Source of the DNA: an uncultured Planctomycetia bacterium
GTDB lineage: Bacteria > Omnitrophota > Gorgyraeia > Duberdicusellales > 4484-171
Assembly (NCBI GenBank): GCA_964536865.1
Contig: CAZHYN010000004.1
Location: 1 to 32,000, forward strand
Reading direction: 5' to 3'
Length of the DNA: 32,000 nt
The notes under the pieces were generated by a model. That model worked only from the letters and a program-made list of their open reading frames with translations, was not told where the DNA came from and did no database searches. Below, piece after piece: positions 5,078 through 14,665 of this stretch. Positions within the stretch are counted from its first letter, which is position 1, and every line of letters begins with the position of its first letter. The position numbers were made by a program, and so were the translations under genes.

Positions 5078-5434
5078 ATGGATGGAAACTACAGAGGACC
5101 AGAGAGGAGAAAATATCCGAGAATTCCTGCTACTTTTGTGTTGAATTACCGAATAAAAGAGATTCCTGATGATTACGATCTAACCCAAAGTAAAAATGTG
5201 AGTCAGGGAGGAATACTTATCACTACCAATCAGTACTTTGAAAAGAGTGTTTATTTGGAGATAACTATAAGGTTTCCTTTTCTTCCAGGAAAAGTTAAAC
5301 TTACTGGGGAGGTAGTAAGTTGCAGAGAAAAAGTGAAAGGTCTAATTTATGATACTAGGATAAAATTTGTTAATTTGGATTCCTCTCTCTCAGAGAGAAT
5401 CGGAGAGTATATCCAGAGACTTTTAAAGAGATGA
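5078..5434 (+). CDS. single-domain PilZ protein (putative c-di-GMP receptor)
   Basis: 118 aa. RKYPR (RxxxR) and NVSQGG (NxSxxG) motifs. AAGGAGG SD upstream. The stop overlaps the hom start (ATGA). Confidence 0.75.
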   Translation: MDGNYRGPERRKYPRIPATFVLNYRIKEIPDDYDLTQSKNVSQGGILITTNQYFEKSVYLEITIRFPFLPGKVKLTGEVVSCREKVKGLIYDTRIKFVNLDSSLSERIGEYIQRLLKR

Positions 5435-6699
5435 TAAAGAGGATTGGTATTTTGGGATTAGGTGTTGTAGGTGAAGCAGTAATAAAGACTCTTGCTCGAT
5501 ATAAGTATTTAATTAAGAAAAGAACCTCTCTTAAAATAGAGGTAAGGAAGGTATGTGATATAAGGGAAGAAAAAAGAAAGTTTGCATCTCGATGGAATGT
5601 CCCTTTTACTAAAGATCCTTATGAGGTTATTGAAGATCCCACAATTGATATCCTTGTAGAACTAATTGGAGGTATAGAGCCTGCTAAAGAGTATCTACTT
5701 TCGGCTCTTAAACAGGGGAAAGATATTGTTACTGCTAACAAAGCTTTATTAGCTCAATGTGGGAAGGAGATATTTTCTACTGCGGTAAAGTTCAAAAGAA
5801 GTATAGGTTTTGAGGCTTCTGTTTGTGGAGCTATTCCTATAATAAAAAGTATATCTGAAGGATTAGTAAGCTGTCAGATTAATAAGCTCTATGGTATTCT
5901 TAATGGAACTACTAATTACATTCTTTACAAGATGCATAAAGATAAGGTCAAATTTAAAGATGCTTTAAAGGAAGCTCAAAAGAAAGGTTTTGCTGAGCAT
6001 CTTCCTCATTTAGATTTAGAAGGGATAGATACTCTTCATAAATTGAGTATTCTCACCTATCTCTCTTTTGGAAGATGGCCTCAAATTAAAAACATTTATG
6101 TAGAAGGCATCTCCCAGATTACCTCTTTAGATATTGTATATGCTGAGGAGCTTTCTTATCGAATAAAGCTTTTAGCTATTGCTAAGAAAGAGAATAAAAA
6201 ACTTTCTTTAAGAGTTCATCCTACGTTAGTGAGAAGAGATCATCCTCTATCTGAGGTAAATTACGCTTTCAATGCTGTATGGTTAGATACTTATCCTGCA
6301 GGTCAACTTCTCTTCTTCGGAGAAGGGGCAGGAGGAGTACCTACTTCTAGTGCGGTAGTAGCTGACATTGTAGAAGTTTCTTTGGGAAGAGGTTTGCCAC
6401 AGATAAAGAAGGAGGATGTACAGTTTGGAGACATAAATAATCTAAGAACTCGCTACTATATAAGGTTTATGGCTTGTGATAAACCTGGAGTTTTAGCCAA
6501 TATCTCTAAAATTTTAGCTTCTTTTAAGATAAGCATAGCTTCAGTTACTCAGAAAGAAAGGAGCCGAGGTCAGTTTGTCCCCATTATCATGCTGACTCAT
6601 GAGGCTAGGGAAATAGATTTAAAGCGAGCTCTTAGAAAGATAGATAAGCTAGAGATAATTAACCCCCCTTCTCAGCTTATAAGAATTGAAGATTTATGA
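5431..6699 (+). CDS. hom: homoserine dehydrogenase
   Basis: 422 aa. N-terminal [12 protein letters not shown] fold, [10 protein letters not shown] motif, C-terminal ACT-like region ([21 protein letters not shown]). Confidence 0.9.
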   Translation: MIKRIGILGLGVVGEAVIKTLARYKYLIKKRTSLKIEVRKVCDIREEKRKFASRWNVPFTKDPYEVIEDPTIDILVELIGGIEPAKEYLLSALKQGKDIVTANKALLAQCGKEIFSTAVKFKRSIGFEASVCGAIPIIKSISEGLVSCQINKLYGILNGTTNYILYKMHKDKVKFKDALKEAQKKGFAEHLPHLDLEGIDTLHKLSILTYLSFGRWPQIKNIYVEGISQITSLDIVYAEELSYRIKLLAIAKKENKKLSLRVHPTLVRRDHPLSEVNYAFNAVWLDTYPAGQLLFFGEGAGGVPTSSAVVADIVEVSLGRGLPQIKKEDVQFGDINNLRTRYYIRFMACDKPGVLANISKILASFKISIASVTQKERSRGQFVPIIMLTHEAREIDLKRALRKIDKLEIINPPSQLIRIEDL

Positions 6700-7772
6700 G
6701 ATTAGAAAACTATCGAGGAGTTATCCTTCGTTATAGAAAGTACTTACCTGTCACTTCCAAGACGCCAGTAATTACTCTCCTGGAAGGTAACACTCCTTTA
6801 ATTTTAGCGGAAAAGATTTCTTATGCTTTGGGGAGAAATTTTAAAGTTTATCTTAAGTATGAAGGAGCTAATCCTACTGGTTCTTTCAAAGATAGAGGGA
6901 TGACAGTTGCCGTATCTAAGGCAAAGGAGGAAGGCTGTAGAGCAGTTATATGTGCTTCCACAGGGAATACTTCAGCTTCAGCAGCTGCTTATAGCGCTAG
7001 AGCTAATTTAAAGTGTATTGTAGTTATACCTAACGGGGCAATAGCCTTAGGAAAGTTAGCACAGGCTCTCATTCATAAGGCAGTAGTAGTCGCTATAAGA
7101 GGTAATTTTGATCAGGCTCTTTCTTTAGTGAGGGAGATCTCTTCTAATTATCCTGTGAGACTGGTGAATTCTCTGAATCCTCATCGTATTGAGGGACAGA
7201 AGACTGCTTCATATGAAGTCTGTGATGTTTTAGGCAACGCACCTCATTTTCATATTCTTCCTGTAGGCAATGCTGGGAACATCACTGCTTACTGGAAAGG
7301 GTATAAGGAGTACTACGCTTACAGAAAAATTACCTATCTTCCTCGGATGTTGGGATTTCAAGCAAAAGGTGCTGCTCCTATTGTGAGGGGATTTCCTGTA
7401 AGAAGACCTAAGACGGTGGCTACGGCAATAAGGATTGGGAATCCCGCTAGTTGGAAAAAAGCAGTGGAAGCAAAAGTAGAATCAAAGGGTTTGATTGACA
7501 TGGTTTCTGATAGGGAGATAATTTCTGCCTATCGATTTTTAGCTAAGGAGGAAGGGATATTTGTAGAGCCAGCTTCGGCCGCTTCTGTAGCAGGATTATT
7601 TAAATTACAAAAGTCAGGTTACTTTGATACGTATAAGACCCAAAAAGTTATTATAGTTTGCACCCTTACCGGAAGCGGATTAAAAGATCCTCAAATTGCG
7701 GTAAAAAAAGTGCGCCCTCCCAAAATAGTAGAACCTGCAGTTAAAGCAGTGCTCAAAGAAGCAAAGATATAA
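6696..7772 (+). CDS. thrC: threonine synthase
   Basis: 358 aa. PLP-lysine motif [11 protein letters not shown] and the expected GNTPL and STGNTSAS motifs. ATGA overlap with hom. Confidence 0.9.
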   Translation: MRLENYRGVILRYRKYLPVTSKTPVITLLEGNTPLILAEKISYALGRNFKVYLKYEGANPTGSFKDRGMTVAVSKAKEEGCRAVICASTGNTSASAAAYSARANLKCIVVIPNGAIALGKLAQALIHKAVVVAIRGNFDQALSLVREISSNYPVRLVNSLNPHRIEGQKTASYEVCDVLGNAPHFHILPVGNAGNITAYWKGYKEYYAYRKITYLPRMLGFQAKGAAPIVRGFPVRRPKTVATAIRIGNPASWKKAVEAKVESKGLIDMVSDREIISAYRFLAKEEGIFVEPASAASVAGLFKLQKSGYFDTYKTQKVIIVCTLTGSGLKDPQIAVKKVRPPKIVEPAVKAVLKEAKI

Positions 7773-7777
7773 TTTCT

Positions 7778-9370
7778 ATGAAAAACTTATATCAAGAAAT
7801 TTGTTTTTCTCTGAGAGAAATTGTAAATAGGAGGTTTGGAGAAATTTCTATTTTACCTCCTTGGGGAGAAGTGCCTACTCAAGCTTCTTTCGGCGACTTT
7901 TCTACTATGATAGCTCTAAAGATAGGTTCCTTCCTTAAAAGAGATCCTTTTTCGATTGCTTGTATTCTCAAAGAGGAATTAGAGAAGAAATTGAAAGGTA
8001 TAGAAAAAATAGAGATAGTAAAGCCAGGATTCATTAACTTATTTTTTGCTCGCAGAACTCTCTTAGATTCTCTAAAGGTTATTTTGAAAAAAAAGGAGAA
8101 TTATTTTTCTTTTAAAGAGAAGAGAAGAGTCCTTATAGAGTTTGTAAGTGCAAATCCTACCGGCCCTTTATCTATTGCCCATGGAAGGCAGGCAGTAGTA
8201 GGAGATGTTATTGCTAATGTTTTAGAATTTTTTGGTAACAGAGTAGTTAGGGAATACTATGTGAACGATGTAGGTAGACAGATAGACTTACTTATTGTCT
8301 CAGTAAAAGAGAGGATGAAGGAGATAGAGGGTAAGACTTTCTCTCTCCCCCAGGATGGTTACTGGGGCGATTATGTAAAAGATATTGCTAGAAATGCTAT
8401 TAAGAAGCGGCCTCAGAACTTAAAGAGATTTGTACTTTCCTATATTTTGGGTGAGATAAAAAAAGATCTTAAAAAATTAGGAATAAAATTTGAGAGGTGG
8501 GTGAGTCAGAAAGAATTAATAAGTAAAGGGAAAGTGGAGAAAGTTATTGCCCTCTTGGAGAGAAAAGGTCTGGTATATACTAAGGATGGAGCATTATGGT
8601 TTTCCTCTGCTAAATTTGGCGACGATAAAGATAGAGTTTTAAAGAAAAGAGACGGAGAACTTACCTATTTTGCCTCTGATATCGCTTATCATAAAGATAA
8701 AGCGGAAAGAGGTTTTGATAAATTAATAAATCTGTGGGGACCAGACCATCATGGTTATATTAAGCGAGTGAAGGTCTCTTTAGAAGCTTTAGGTTTTAAG
8801 AAAGATATTTTAGATATTCTCATTATTCAGTTAGTAAAAATAAAAACAAGAGAGAGGATGTCTAGACGCAGAGGTACAGCGATTTCTCTCTCAGAGTTAG
8901 TAGAAGATGTAGGAAAAGATGCTGCCCGATTTTACTATATCAGTCGCAAGAATTCTTCTCATTTGGAGTTTGATATAGATAAGGCCAAAGAAGCTTCATT
9001 TGATAATCCCCTCTACTATATTCAGTATGCTCATGCTCGCATATGTAGCATATTCAGAAAGAAAGGAAAGAGGAAGGTTGAATCTCGGTGGATAGATTTC
9101 TTAAATGATGGGAAGGAGTTGCTTATTATCAGGAAGATTCTTCAACTATCTTATTGTTTAGAGAGAGTTTACTATACTTTTGAACCAGTGTTTTTAATTG
9201 AGTACTTAAAAGATATCGCTACCCATTTCCATAAGTTTTATGAAGAGAGGAAAGTTTTAGGGGAGAACGAAGAAGTAACAAGGGCAAGGTTGGCTCTCTT
9301 AGAAGGAGTGAGGATTGTTTTAAGTTGTGGGCTTAAACTTTTAGGTATAGAACCAGCAAAGAGGATGTAG
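7778..9370 (+). CDS. argS: arginine--tRNA ligase
   Basis: 530 aa. SANPTGPLSIAHGR (HIGH-region variant), RMSRRRGT (KMSK-like), DALR-type anticodon-binding C-terminus ending in M. Confidence 0.9.
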   Translation: MKNLYQEICFSLREIVNRRFGEISILPPWGEVPTQASFGDFSTMIALKIGSFLKRDPFSIACILKEELEKKLKGIEKIEIVKPGFINLFFARRTLLDSLKVILKKKENYFSFKEKRRVLIEFVSANPTGPLSIAHGRQAVVGDVIANVLEFFGNRVVREYYVNDVGRQIDLLIVSVKERMKEIEGKTFSLPQDGYWGDYVKDIARNAIKKRPQNLKRFVLSYILGEIKKDLKKLGIKFERWVSQKELISKGKVEKVIALLERKGLVYTKDGALWFSSAKFGDDKDRVLKKRDGELTYFASDIAYHKDKAERGFDKLINLWGPDHHGYIKRVKVSLEALGFKKDILDILIIQLVKIKTRERMSRRRGTAISLSELVEDVGKDAARFYYISRKNSSHLEFDIDKAKEASFDNPLYYIQYAHARICSIFRKKGKRKVESRWIDFLNDGKELLIIRKILQLSYCLERVYYTFEPVFLIEYLKDIATHFHKFYEERKVLGENEEVTRARLALLEGVRIVLSCGLKLLGIEPAKRM

Positions 9371-11053
9371 GTGGAAAAGAATTGGATAGTAAGAAATTTC
9401 TCTCCTCAAGCTTTTGTACTAAGTAAGAAGTACAATATCAATCCTGTTTTAGCTCAACTTCTTATCAACCGAGATATAAGGGAGGAGGAGTTTTTTTCTT
9501 TCTTAGAGCCTCGAGTAGATAATTTATTTTCTCCTTTTCTTCTTCCTGATATAGATAAGGCTTTGGAGCGGATAAGGAAAGCTATAGAGAGAGGAGAGCG
9601 AGTATGTCTCTTGGGAGATTACGATGTCGATGGTGTCACTTCTTTAGTTATCTTTTATGAGTATATAAAAAACTTCCCCTTGCAGATTTCCTTTTATATT
9701 CCTCATCGTATTCATGAAGGATACGGCTTAACCAAAAATGTATTGGAGAAAGTAAAAGGAGATGGAGTTACTCTTTTGATTTGCTTTGACTGCGGGACTA
9801 ACTCTTACCAGGAGGCACGGTTAGCTAAATCTTTAGGGATAGATGTTATTGTAGTCGATCATCACACTCCTAAGGAAGGACTAAATAATGATTTCTATGC
9901 CTTCCTAAACCCTAAAAGAGAAGGGTCAAGTTACCCTTTTAAAGAATTAACTAGTGCAGGACTAGCTTTCAAAGTAGTTTGGGCTCTTAGAAGGAATTTC
10001 CCTTTTGATCTTTTAGACTTGGTAGCTTTAGCTACCGTATGTGACGTTGTTCCTCTCAAAGGAGAAAATAGAATATTTCTTTCCGAAGGGATCAAGTGGT
10101 TAAGAAGCAACTATCGTCCAGCAATTTCTGCTCTCTGTGAGTCAGCGAAGATAACTCCTAAGAATATCGAGCCTTACCATATAGGATATATCTTAGGACC
10201 AAGGATTAATGCTTGTGGCAGAGTTGCCGATGCTAAGAAGATTCTAGATTTTTTTCTCTGTTATGACACCGAGCAGTTAAGAGACTCAGCCAAGATAATT
10301 GAAGATTACAATCGCCAACGAAAAGCTATAGAAAGCGAAGTTCTAAGAGACGCAGAGGAGATAGTGGAAAGAGACCTAAAAGAAGATTTTGCTTTGGTAG
10401 TTTATCGAGATGGTTGGCATCCAGGAGTTTTAGGTATAGTTGCTTCCAAGCTTGTAGAGAGATTTTGGCGTCCTACATTAGTTATAGGAGTTGAGAATAA
10501 TAGAGGTAAGGGTTCTGGGCGGTCTATTCCCGGAATTCACATTATGGAGGTTCTGGAAGAATGTAGAGAGCTTCTTTCTACTTATGGAGGTCATAAAAAA
10601 GCTGCGGGGATAGAGATTTCAAAAGAGAATTTGGAGAAGTTTAAGTATAAGTTTAATGAGGCAGTAAAAAGAAGAGTAGGTAGTAAAAGATCTCTTCCTA
10701 ACTTAGAAATAGATTTAGAATTACCATTTAAGTACATAAGTGTTAAATTGGCTCGAGAGCTAGAGAAGTTAAAACCTTTTGGTGAGGAGAATTCCTACCC
10801 CTTATTTTTAACTAGAAAAGTTCATGTTAAGAGCCCTCCTAAAAAGATAAATATTTCTTCTGGAAAACAGACAAAACTTTACAATTTTTGGATAACTGAT
10901 GGCACCTATACTTATGAGGCAGTTTCATCTGAAGACAATCAATTTTTTGATCTTTTAAATTATGGTGCATCATTAGATATAGTTTACTCTTTAGAGAGGA
11001 ATTCTTACTATGACAACGTTAGACTGGTAATTAGGGATATTAGAATTTCTTGA
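9371..11053 (+). CDS. recJ: single-stranded-DNA-specific exonuclease RecJ
   Basis: 560 aa with GTG start directly after the argS stop. DHH motifs DYDVDGVTS and VVDHHTP, DHHA1 motif GGHKKAAG. Confidence 0.9.
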   Translation: MEKNWIVRNFSPQAFVLSKKYNINPVLAQLLINRDIREEEFFSFLEPRVDNLFSPFLLPDIDKALERIRKAIERGERVCLLGDYDVDGVTSLVIFYEYIKNFPLQISFYIPHRIHEGYGLTKNVLEKVKGDGVTLLICFDCGTNSYQEARLAKSLGIDVIVVDHHTPKEGLNNDFYAFLNPKREGSSYPFKELTSAGLAFKVVWALRRNFPFDLLDLVALATVCDVVPLKGENRIFLSEGIKWLRSNYRPAISALCESAKITPKNIEPYHIGYILGPRINACGRVADAKKILDFFLCYDTEQLRDSAKIIEDYNRQRKAIESEVLRDAEEIVERDLKEDFALVVYRDGWHPGVLGIVASKLVERFWRPTLVIGVENNRGKGSGRSIPGIHIMEVLEECRELLSTYGGHKKAAGIEISKENLEKFKYKFNEAVKRRVGSKRSLPNLEIDLELPFKYISVKLARELEKLKPFGEENSYPLFLTRKVHVKSPPKKINISSGKQTKLYNFWITDGTYTYEAVSSEDNQFFDLLNYGASLDIVYSLERNSYYDNVRLVIRDIRIS

Positions 11054-11285
11054 TTTTCTTAGGGAGGTTAAAAAGACCCTTCTTTATACATTTAGTACAG
11101 ACCAGAATCCTTCTTACCTTACCATCAATAATTACTTTCTTTCTTTGAAGGTTAGGGAAGAACCGGCGCTTAGTAATCCCTGTAGTCTTTTTACCAACGC
11201 CTCCCTTTTTCTTAGCTAGACCTCGGCGAGTAATAGAGTGCCCAGTGATAGATCCTTTTCCACATATTTCACAATACTTTGCCAT
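11040..11285 (-). CDS. rpmB: 50S ribosomal protein L28
   Basis: 81 aa. MAKYCEICGKG...GHSITRRG...KRRFFPNLQ is the L28 signature. The 3' end overlaps the recJ 3' end by 14 nt (convergent). Confidence 0.9.
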   Translation of the reverse strand: MAKYCEICGKGSITGHSITRRGLAKKKGGVGKKTTGITKRRFFPNLQRKKVIIDGKVRRILVCTKCIKKGLFNLPKKIKKF

Positions 11286-11293
11286 AGCCGGTT

Positions 11294-11322
11294 AGTATAC
11301 CCAGAGAAGTTATTTTTGTCAA
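11294..11322 (-). promoter_or_regulatory. sigma70 promoter of rpmB (predicts leaderless or near-leaderless mRNA)
   Basis: On the minus strand: TTGACA (11322-11317), 17-nt spacer, TATACT (11299-11294). Only 8 nt (aaccggct) separate the -10 from the ATG at 11285, and there is no SD. Confidence 0.6.
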
Positions 11323-11357
11323 GGATAATATAAGATAATTAGATTCAAAAATATTTT

Positions 11358-11386
11358 TTGACAGTTTTTTTTAACTCTTATATAAT
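11358..11386 (+). promoter_or_regulatory. perfect sigma70 consensus promoter of lysS operon
   Basis: TTGACA (11358-11363), 17-nt spacer, TATAAT (11381-11386), 18 nt upstream of the lysS ATG. Confidence 0.7.
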
Positions 11387-11404
11387 CTTGTAGGTAATCG
11401 AGTT

Positions 11405-12820
11405 ATGGATTATCTTGCTAAGTTAGAGAAAATTAGAAAGATTATAGGTGATCCTTTCTTAGAAAGGAGCTTTCCTAAGCCCCACTCCATTGGAGAAATT
11501 CTAAAGACCTTCCGAGAAGGAGAAAGTGTAGCCTTGGCAGGCAGAATTCTAACTAAGAGGGAACATGGTAGGTCTACGTTTGCTCATATAATGGATATTA
11601 CCGGTAAGATTCAAATTTATCTTCAAATAAATGTTCTTCAGGATAAATACAAGCTTTTTAAGGAGTTCGATGTAGGAGATATTTTGGGCATAATAGGAAA
11701 ACTTTTTAAAACAAAGACTGGGGAGCCTACGGTTTTAGTAGAAGATTTAAAGTTCTTAGCTAAGTGTTTACGTGCATTGCCAGAGAAGTGGCATGGGCTA
11801 AAGGATGTAGAGATAAAATACAGACAACGGTATCTAGATTTAATCGCTTCTTCTAAGAGTAGAGAAGTTTTCTTAAGACGGAGTGAAATTATAAACTTCA
11901 TTCGGAATTTTTTTAATAAGAAAGGGTATTTTGAGGTTGAAACACCTATTCTCCAGATTCTTCCTGGTGGAGCGCGAGGTAAGCCTTTTGTGACTCACTA
12001 CAATGCTATCGATTGTGATGTTTATCTAAGGATTGCCCCTGAGCTCTACCTGAAGAGACTTCTGGTAGGAGGGTTGGATAAAGTCTATGAGATTAACAAA
12101 AACTTTAGGAATGAGGGGCTTTCTTCGCAGCACTCTCCAGAATTTACTATGTTAGAGGCTTACGCCACTTACCATGACTATCAGTATATGATGGAGATAT
12201 GTGAAGAGCTAATTTCTGGATTAGTAAAATATCTTCATGGAGAAATGAGTGTGGAGTATCAAGGTCAGCTAATAGATTTTACTCCTCCTTGGGAGAGAAT
12301 TTCTTTTGCCAAATTGTTTGAAGAAGAGTTAGGAGTACTTGCTTCTGATTCTCAAGAAGAAGTATTGGAGAAAGTAACTAAAAGATTAAATCTTTCTCTA
12401 AGTCAGCTAAGCCGTTCTCAGATTCTCAATATTACTGAGGAGTTAATTGAGAAACGTTTTCCTAAGAAAAGACCTGTGTTTGTGACTGATTTTTTTAAAT
12501 GGATGTCTCCTTTAGCTAAGACAAAAAGAGATGACCCTAATATTGCAGAGAGGTTTGAGTTGTTTATAGGAGGGTTAGAGATAGCTAATAGTTACACTGA
12601 GTTAAACGATCCTATAGAACAGAAAGAAAGGTTTAAAGCTCAACTAGAGACAGAGGAAGAACTTCCCAAGAAGATAGATGAGGATTTCCTTCTTACTCTA
12701 GAATACGGGATGCCTCCTGCTGCTGGATTAGGTGTAGGTATAGATAGACTAATAATGCTCCTTTTAAACCAGCCTTCTATAAGAGACGTTATCCTTTTCC
12801 CCCTGCTTAAACCCTTATAG
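11405..12820 (+). CDS. lysS: lysine--tRNA ligase (class II)
   Basis: 471 aa. OB-fold N-terminus and class II motifs, including FELFIGGLEIANSYTELNDPIEQKERF and GMPPAAGLGVGIDRLIMLL. Confidence 0.9.
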   Translation: MDYLAKLEKIRKIIGDPFLERSFPKPHSIGEILKTFREGESVALAGRILTKREHGRSTFAHIMDITGKIQIYLQINVLQDKYKLFKEFDVGDILGIIGKLFKTKTGEPTVLVEDLKFLAKCLRALPEKWHGLKDVEIKYRQRYLDLIASSKSREVFLRRSEIINFIRNFFNKKGYFEVETPILQILPGGARGKPFVTHYNAIDCDVYLRIAPELYLKRLLVGGLDKVYEINKNFRNEGLSSQHSPEFTMLEAYATYHDYQYMMEICEELISGLVKYLHGEMSVEYQGQLIDFTPPWERISFAKLFEEELGVLASDSQEEVLEKVTKRLNLSLSQLSRSQILNITEELIEKRFPKKRPVFVTDFFKWMSPLAKTKRDDPNIAERFELFIGGLEIANSYTELNDPIEQKERFKAQLETEEELPKKIDEDFLLTLEYGMPPAAGLGVGIDRLIMLLLNQPSIRDVILFPLLKPL

Positions 12821-12825
12821 AGTTA

Positions 12826-13983
12826 ATGAGAGTGGAACTGTTTTTAGCCCAGAGGTATCTCTTTAGAGGCAAAAGACGCCATCTTTCCTTAGTAAGTATA
12901 ATGGCGGTTGCAGGAATAGCTTTAGGAGTAGCAACTTTAGTAATCGTAACTAGCGTAATGAATGGATTTGATTACGATTTGACTTCTCGGCTCTTGAGTT
13001 TTAACTATCATTTAGTTATAGAGAGTAAGGACAATTCCAAGCTCGATATAATTAGAGAGGAAATAAAAAAGGTTTCTCAAGTAAAAAGTGCTAGCTTGTT
13101 TTTGCATACCCAAATATTTGCTAAATTCGGCGATTATATTGTTCCTCTTTTAGTAAGAGGTATTGATTTTGAAGATAAGGAAGAAAGAACTACTTTTTAT
13201 AAATTCGTAAAGAGAGAAATAGCTAAACAAGGTTTCTTTGTAGGTGAAGGTTTAAGCCAGAAAATTTTCCCTAGAGAAAGAATAGAATTTTACCCCTTAG
13301 AAAGAAAGCTGATTTTGAAAGAGAAAGAGATAAGGGGAATTTTTAAAGTAGGATTGTACGATTTGGATAACAATTACTTAGTATGTGACTTAGGAGAGGC
13401 AAAAAGTTTAAGCAAAAATTATCTCGTTTATGTCGGCGCAAAGATTAAAAACCCCTGGGTTGTAGATGAGGTAAAGAAAGAAATAGAGAAAAGGGTGAAA
13501 ACACCTTTAATAATAAATACCTGGATAGGTTCCAATCGTGCTTTATTTTCTGCTCTTAAGCTTGAGAAGATTACAATGTTTGTTATCTTAAGTTTAATTA
13601 TTGTGGTAGCTGCTTTTACTATTCTTTCCATTCTTATGGTGAAGGTGGCGGAGAAGGTAAAAGATATAGGGATTCTTAAGGCAATTGGATTTGATTCAAA
13701 TAAGATTCTTGGGGCATTTATTTCTCAAGGAGTCATCTTAGGAATTTTAGGATTGTTAGGAGGGCTTAGTGTGGGGGGAGGGATATGTTTTCTCTTGAAA
13801 GAATATCACCTCATTAAGATCCCTGAAGAGATTTACTATATTAATTACCTTCCTGTATATATAGATTACCGAGATATACTAGCTATTTCTTTTATATGTG
13901 TGTTACTTTCTTTTATTGCTAGTCTGCTTCCTGCTTTTAAAGCTTCTAAGTTATCGATTTCTGAAGCGTTAAGATATGAGTAA
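12826..13983 (+). CDS. lolC: lipoprotein-releasing ABC transporter permease (LolC/LolE family, FtsX-like)
   Basis: 385 aa. LAQRYL...SVMNGF N-terminus, periplasmic MacB-like domain, C-terminal FtsX-type TM helices. Followed by lolD. Confidence 0.8.
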   Translation: MRVELFLAQRYLFRGKRRHLSLVSIMAVAGIALGVATLVIVTSVMNGFDYDLTSRLLSFNYHLVIESKDNSKLDIIREEIKKVSQVKSASLFLHTQIFAKFGDYIVPLLVRGIDFEDKEERTTFYKFVKREIAKQGFFVGEGLSQKIFPRERIEFYPLERKLILKEKEIRGIFKVGLYDLDNNYLVCDLGEAKSLSKNYLVYVGAKIKNPWVVDEVKKEIEKRVKTPLIINTWIGSNRALFSALKLEKITMFVILSLIIVVAAFTILSILMVKVAEKVKDIGILKAIGFDSNKILGAFISQGVILGILGLLGGLSVGGGICFLLKEYHLIKIPEEIYYINYLPVYIDYRDILAISFICVLLSFIASLLPAFKASKLSISEALRYE

Positions 13984-14653
13984 GTTGATAGAAATAAAAT
14001 CTCTCTCTAAAGTGTATCAAAGTGGGAAAGATAGGATTTTAGCTTTAGATAAAGTGAATTTGACGGTAGAGAAGAATACCTACTTATCTATAGTTGGGCC
14101 TTCAGGAGCAGGTAAGTCCACTCTCCTGCATATCCTGGGAGGATTAGAACCCCCTACCCAAGGAGAAGTATTTTTTGAGGGGATAAACATATACAGGATG
14201 AAGGAAAGACAGCTTTCTCTTTGGCGTAGAGAAAAGGTTGGTTTTGTTTTTCAATTTTACCATCTTATAGAAGAGCTGACCGTTGCTGAGAACTTGTTTC
14301 TTCCTCTCTTGCTTAATAAAAAAAGAGAGATAAAATTTGCTTTTAAAAGAATTCAGGATTTGTTACAATATTTGGAGATAGAAGAAAAAGTAAATGCCTT
14401 TCCTAGCGAACTTAGCGGAGGAGAGAAGCAAAGGGTAGCTATAGCAAGGGCTTTGGTGGCAGAGCCAGAGGTCCTTTTATGTGATGAGCCTACAGGAAAT
14501 TTAGATTCATCTTCGGCAGAGAGAGTTAAATTTCTTCTTAAGCGTTTGCATCAGGAGAAAAATAAAACGATAATTTTGGTCACTCATAATATTGAATTAG
14601 CCAAGGAAGCGGAAAAAATTATTTATATTAGAGAAGGAAGAATCTTTTTATAA
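13976..14653 (+). CDS. lolD: lipoprotein-releasing ABC transporter ATP-binding protein
   Basis: 225 aa. Walker A GPSGAGKST, signature LSGGEKQRVAIARA, Walker B LLCDEPT. 8-nt overlap with lolC. Confidence 0.85.
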   Translation: MSKLIEIKSLSKVYQSGKDRILALDKVNLTVEKNTYLSIVGPSGAGKSTLLHILGGLEPPTQGEVFFEGINIYRMKERQLSLWRREKVGFVFQFYHLIEELTVAENLFLPLLLNKKREIKFAFKRIQDLLQYLEIEEKVNAFPSELSGGEKQRVAIARALVAEPEVLLCDEPTGNLDSSSAERVKFLLKRLHQEKNKTIILVTHNIELAKEAEKIIYIREGRIFL

Positions 14654-14665
14654 GTTGGAGGTAAT

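Noticed and set aside
11286-11404. T-box or other riboswitch leaders upstream of the aminoacyl-tRNA synthetase genes lysS, argS, cysS and metG.
   Set aside because: Upstream gaps are 0-119 nt, too short for a T-box. No specifier or T-box consensus (AAUUAGGGUGG-like) was seen. The lysS gap is filled by two promoters.
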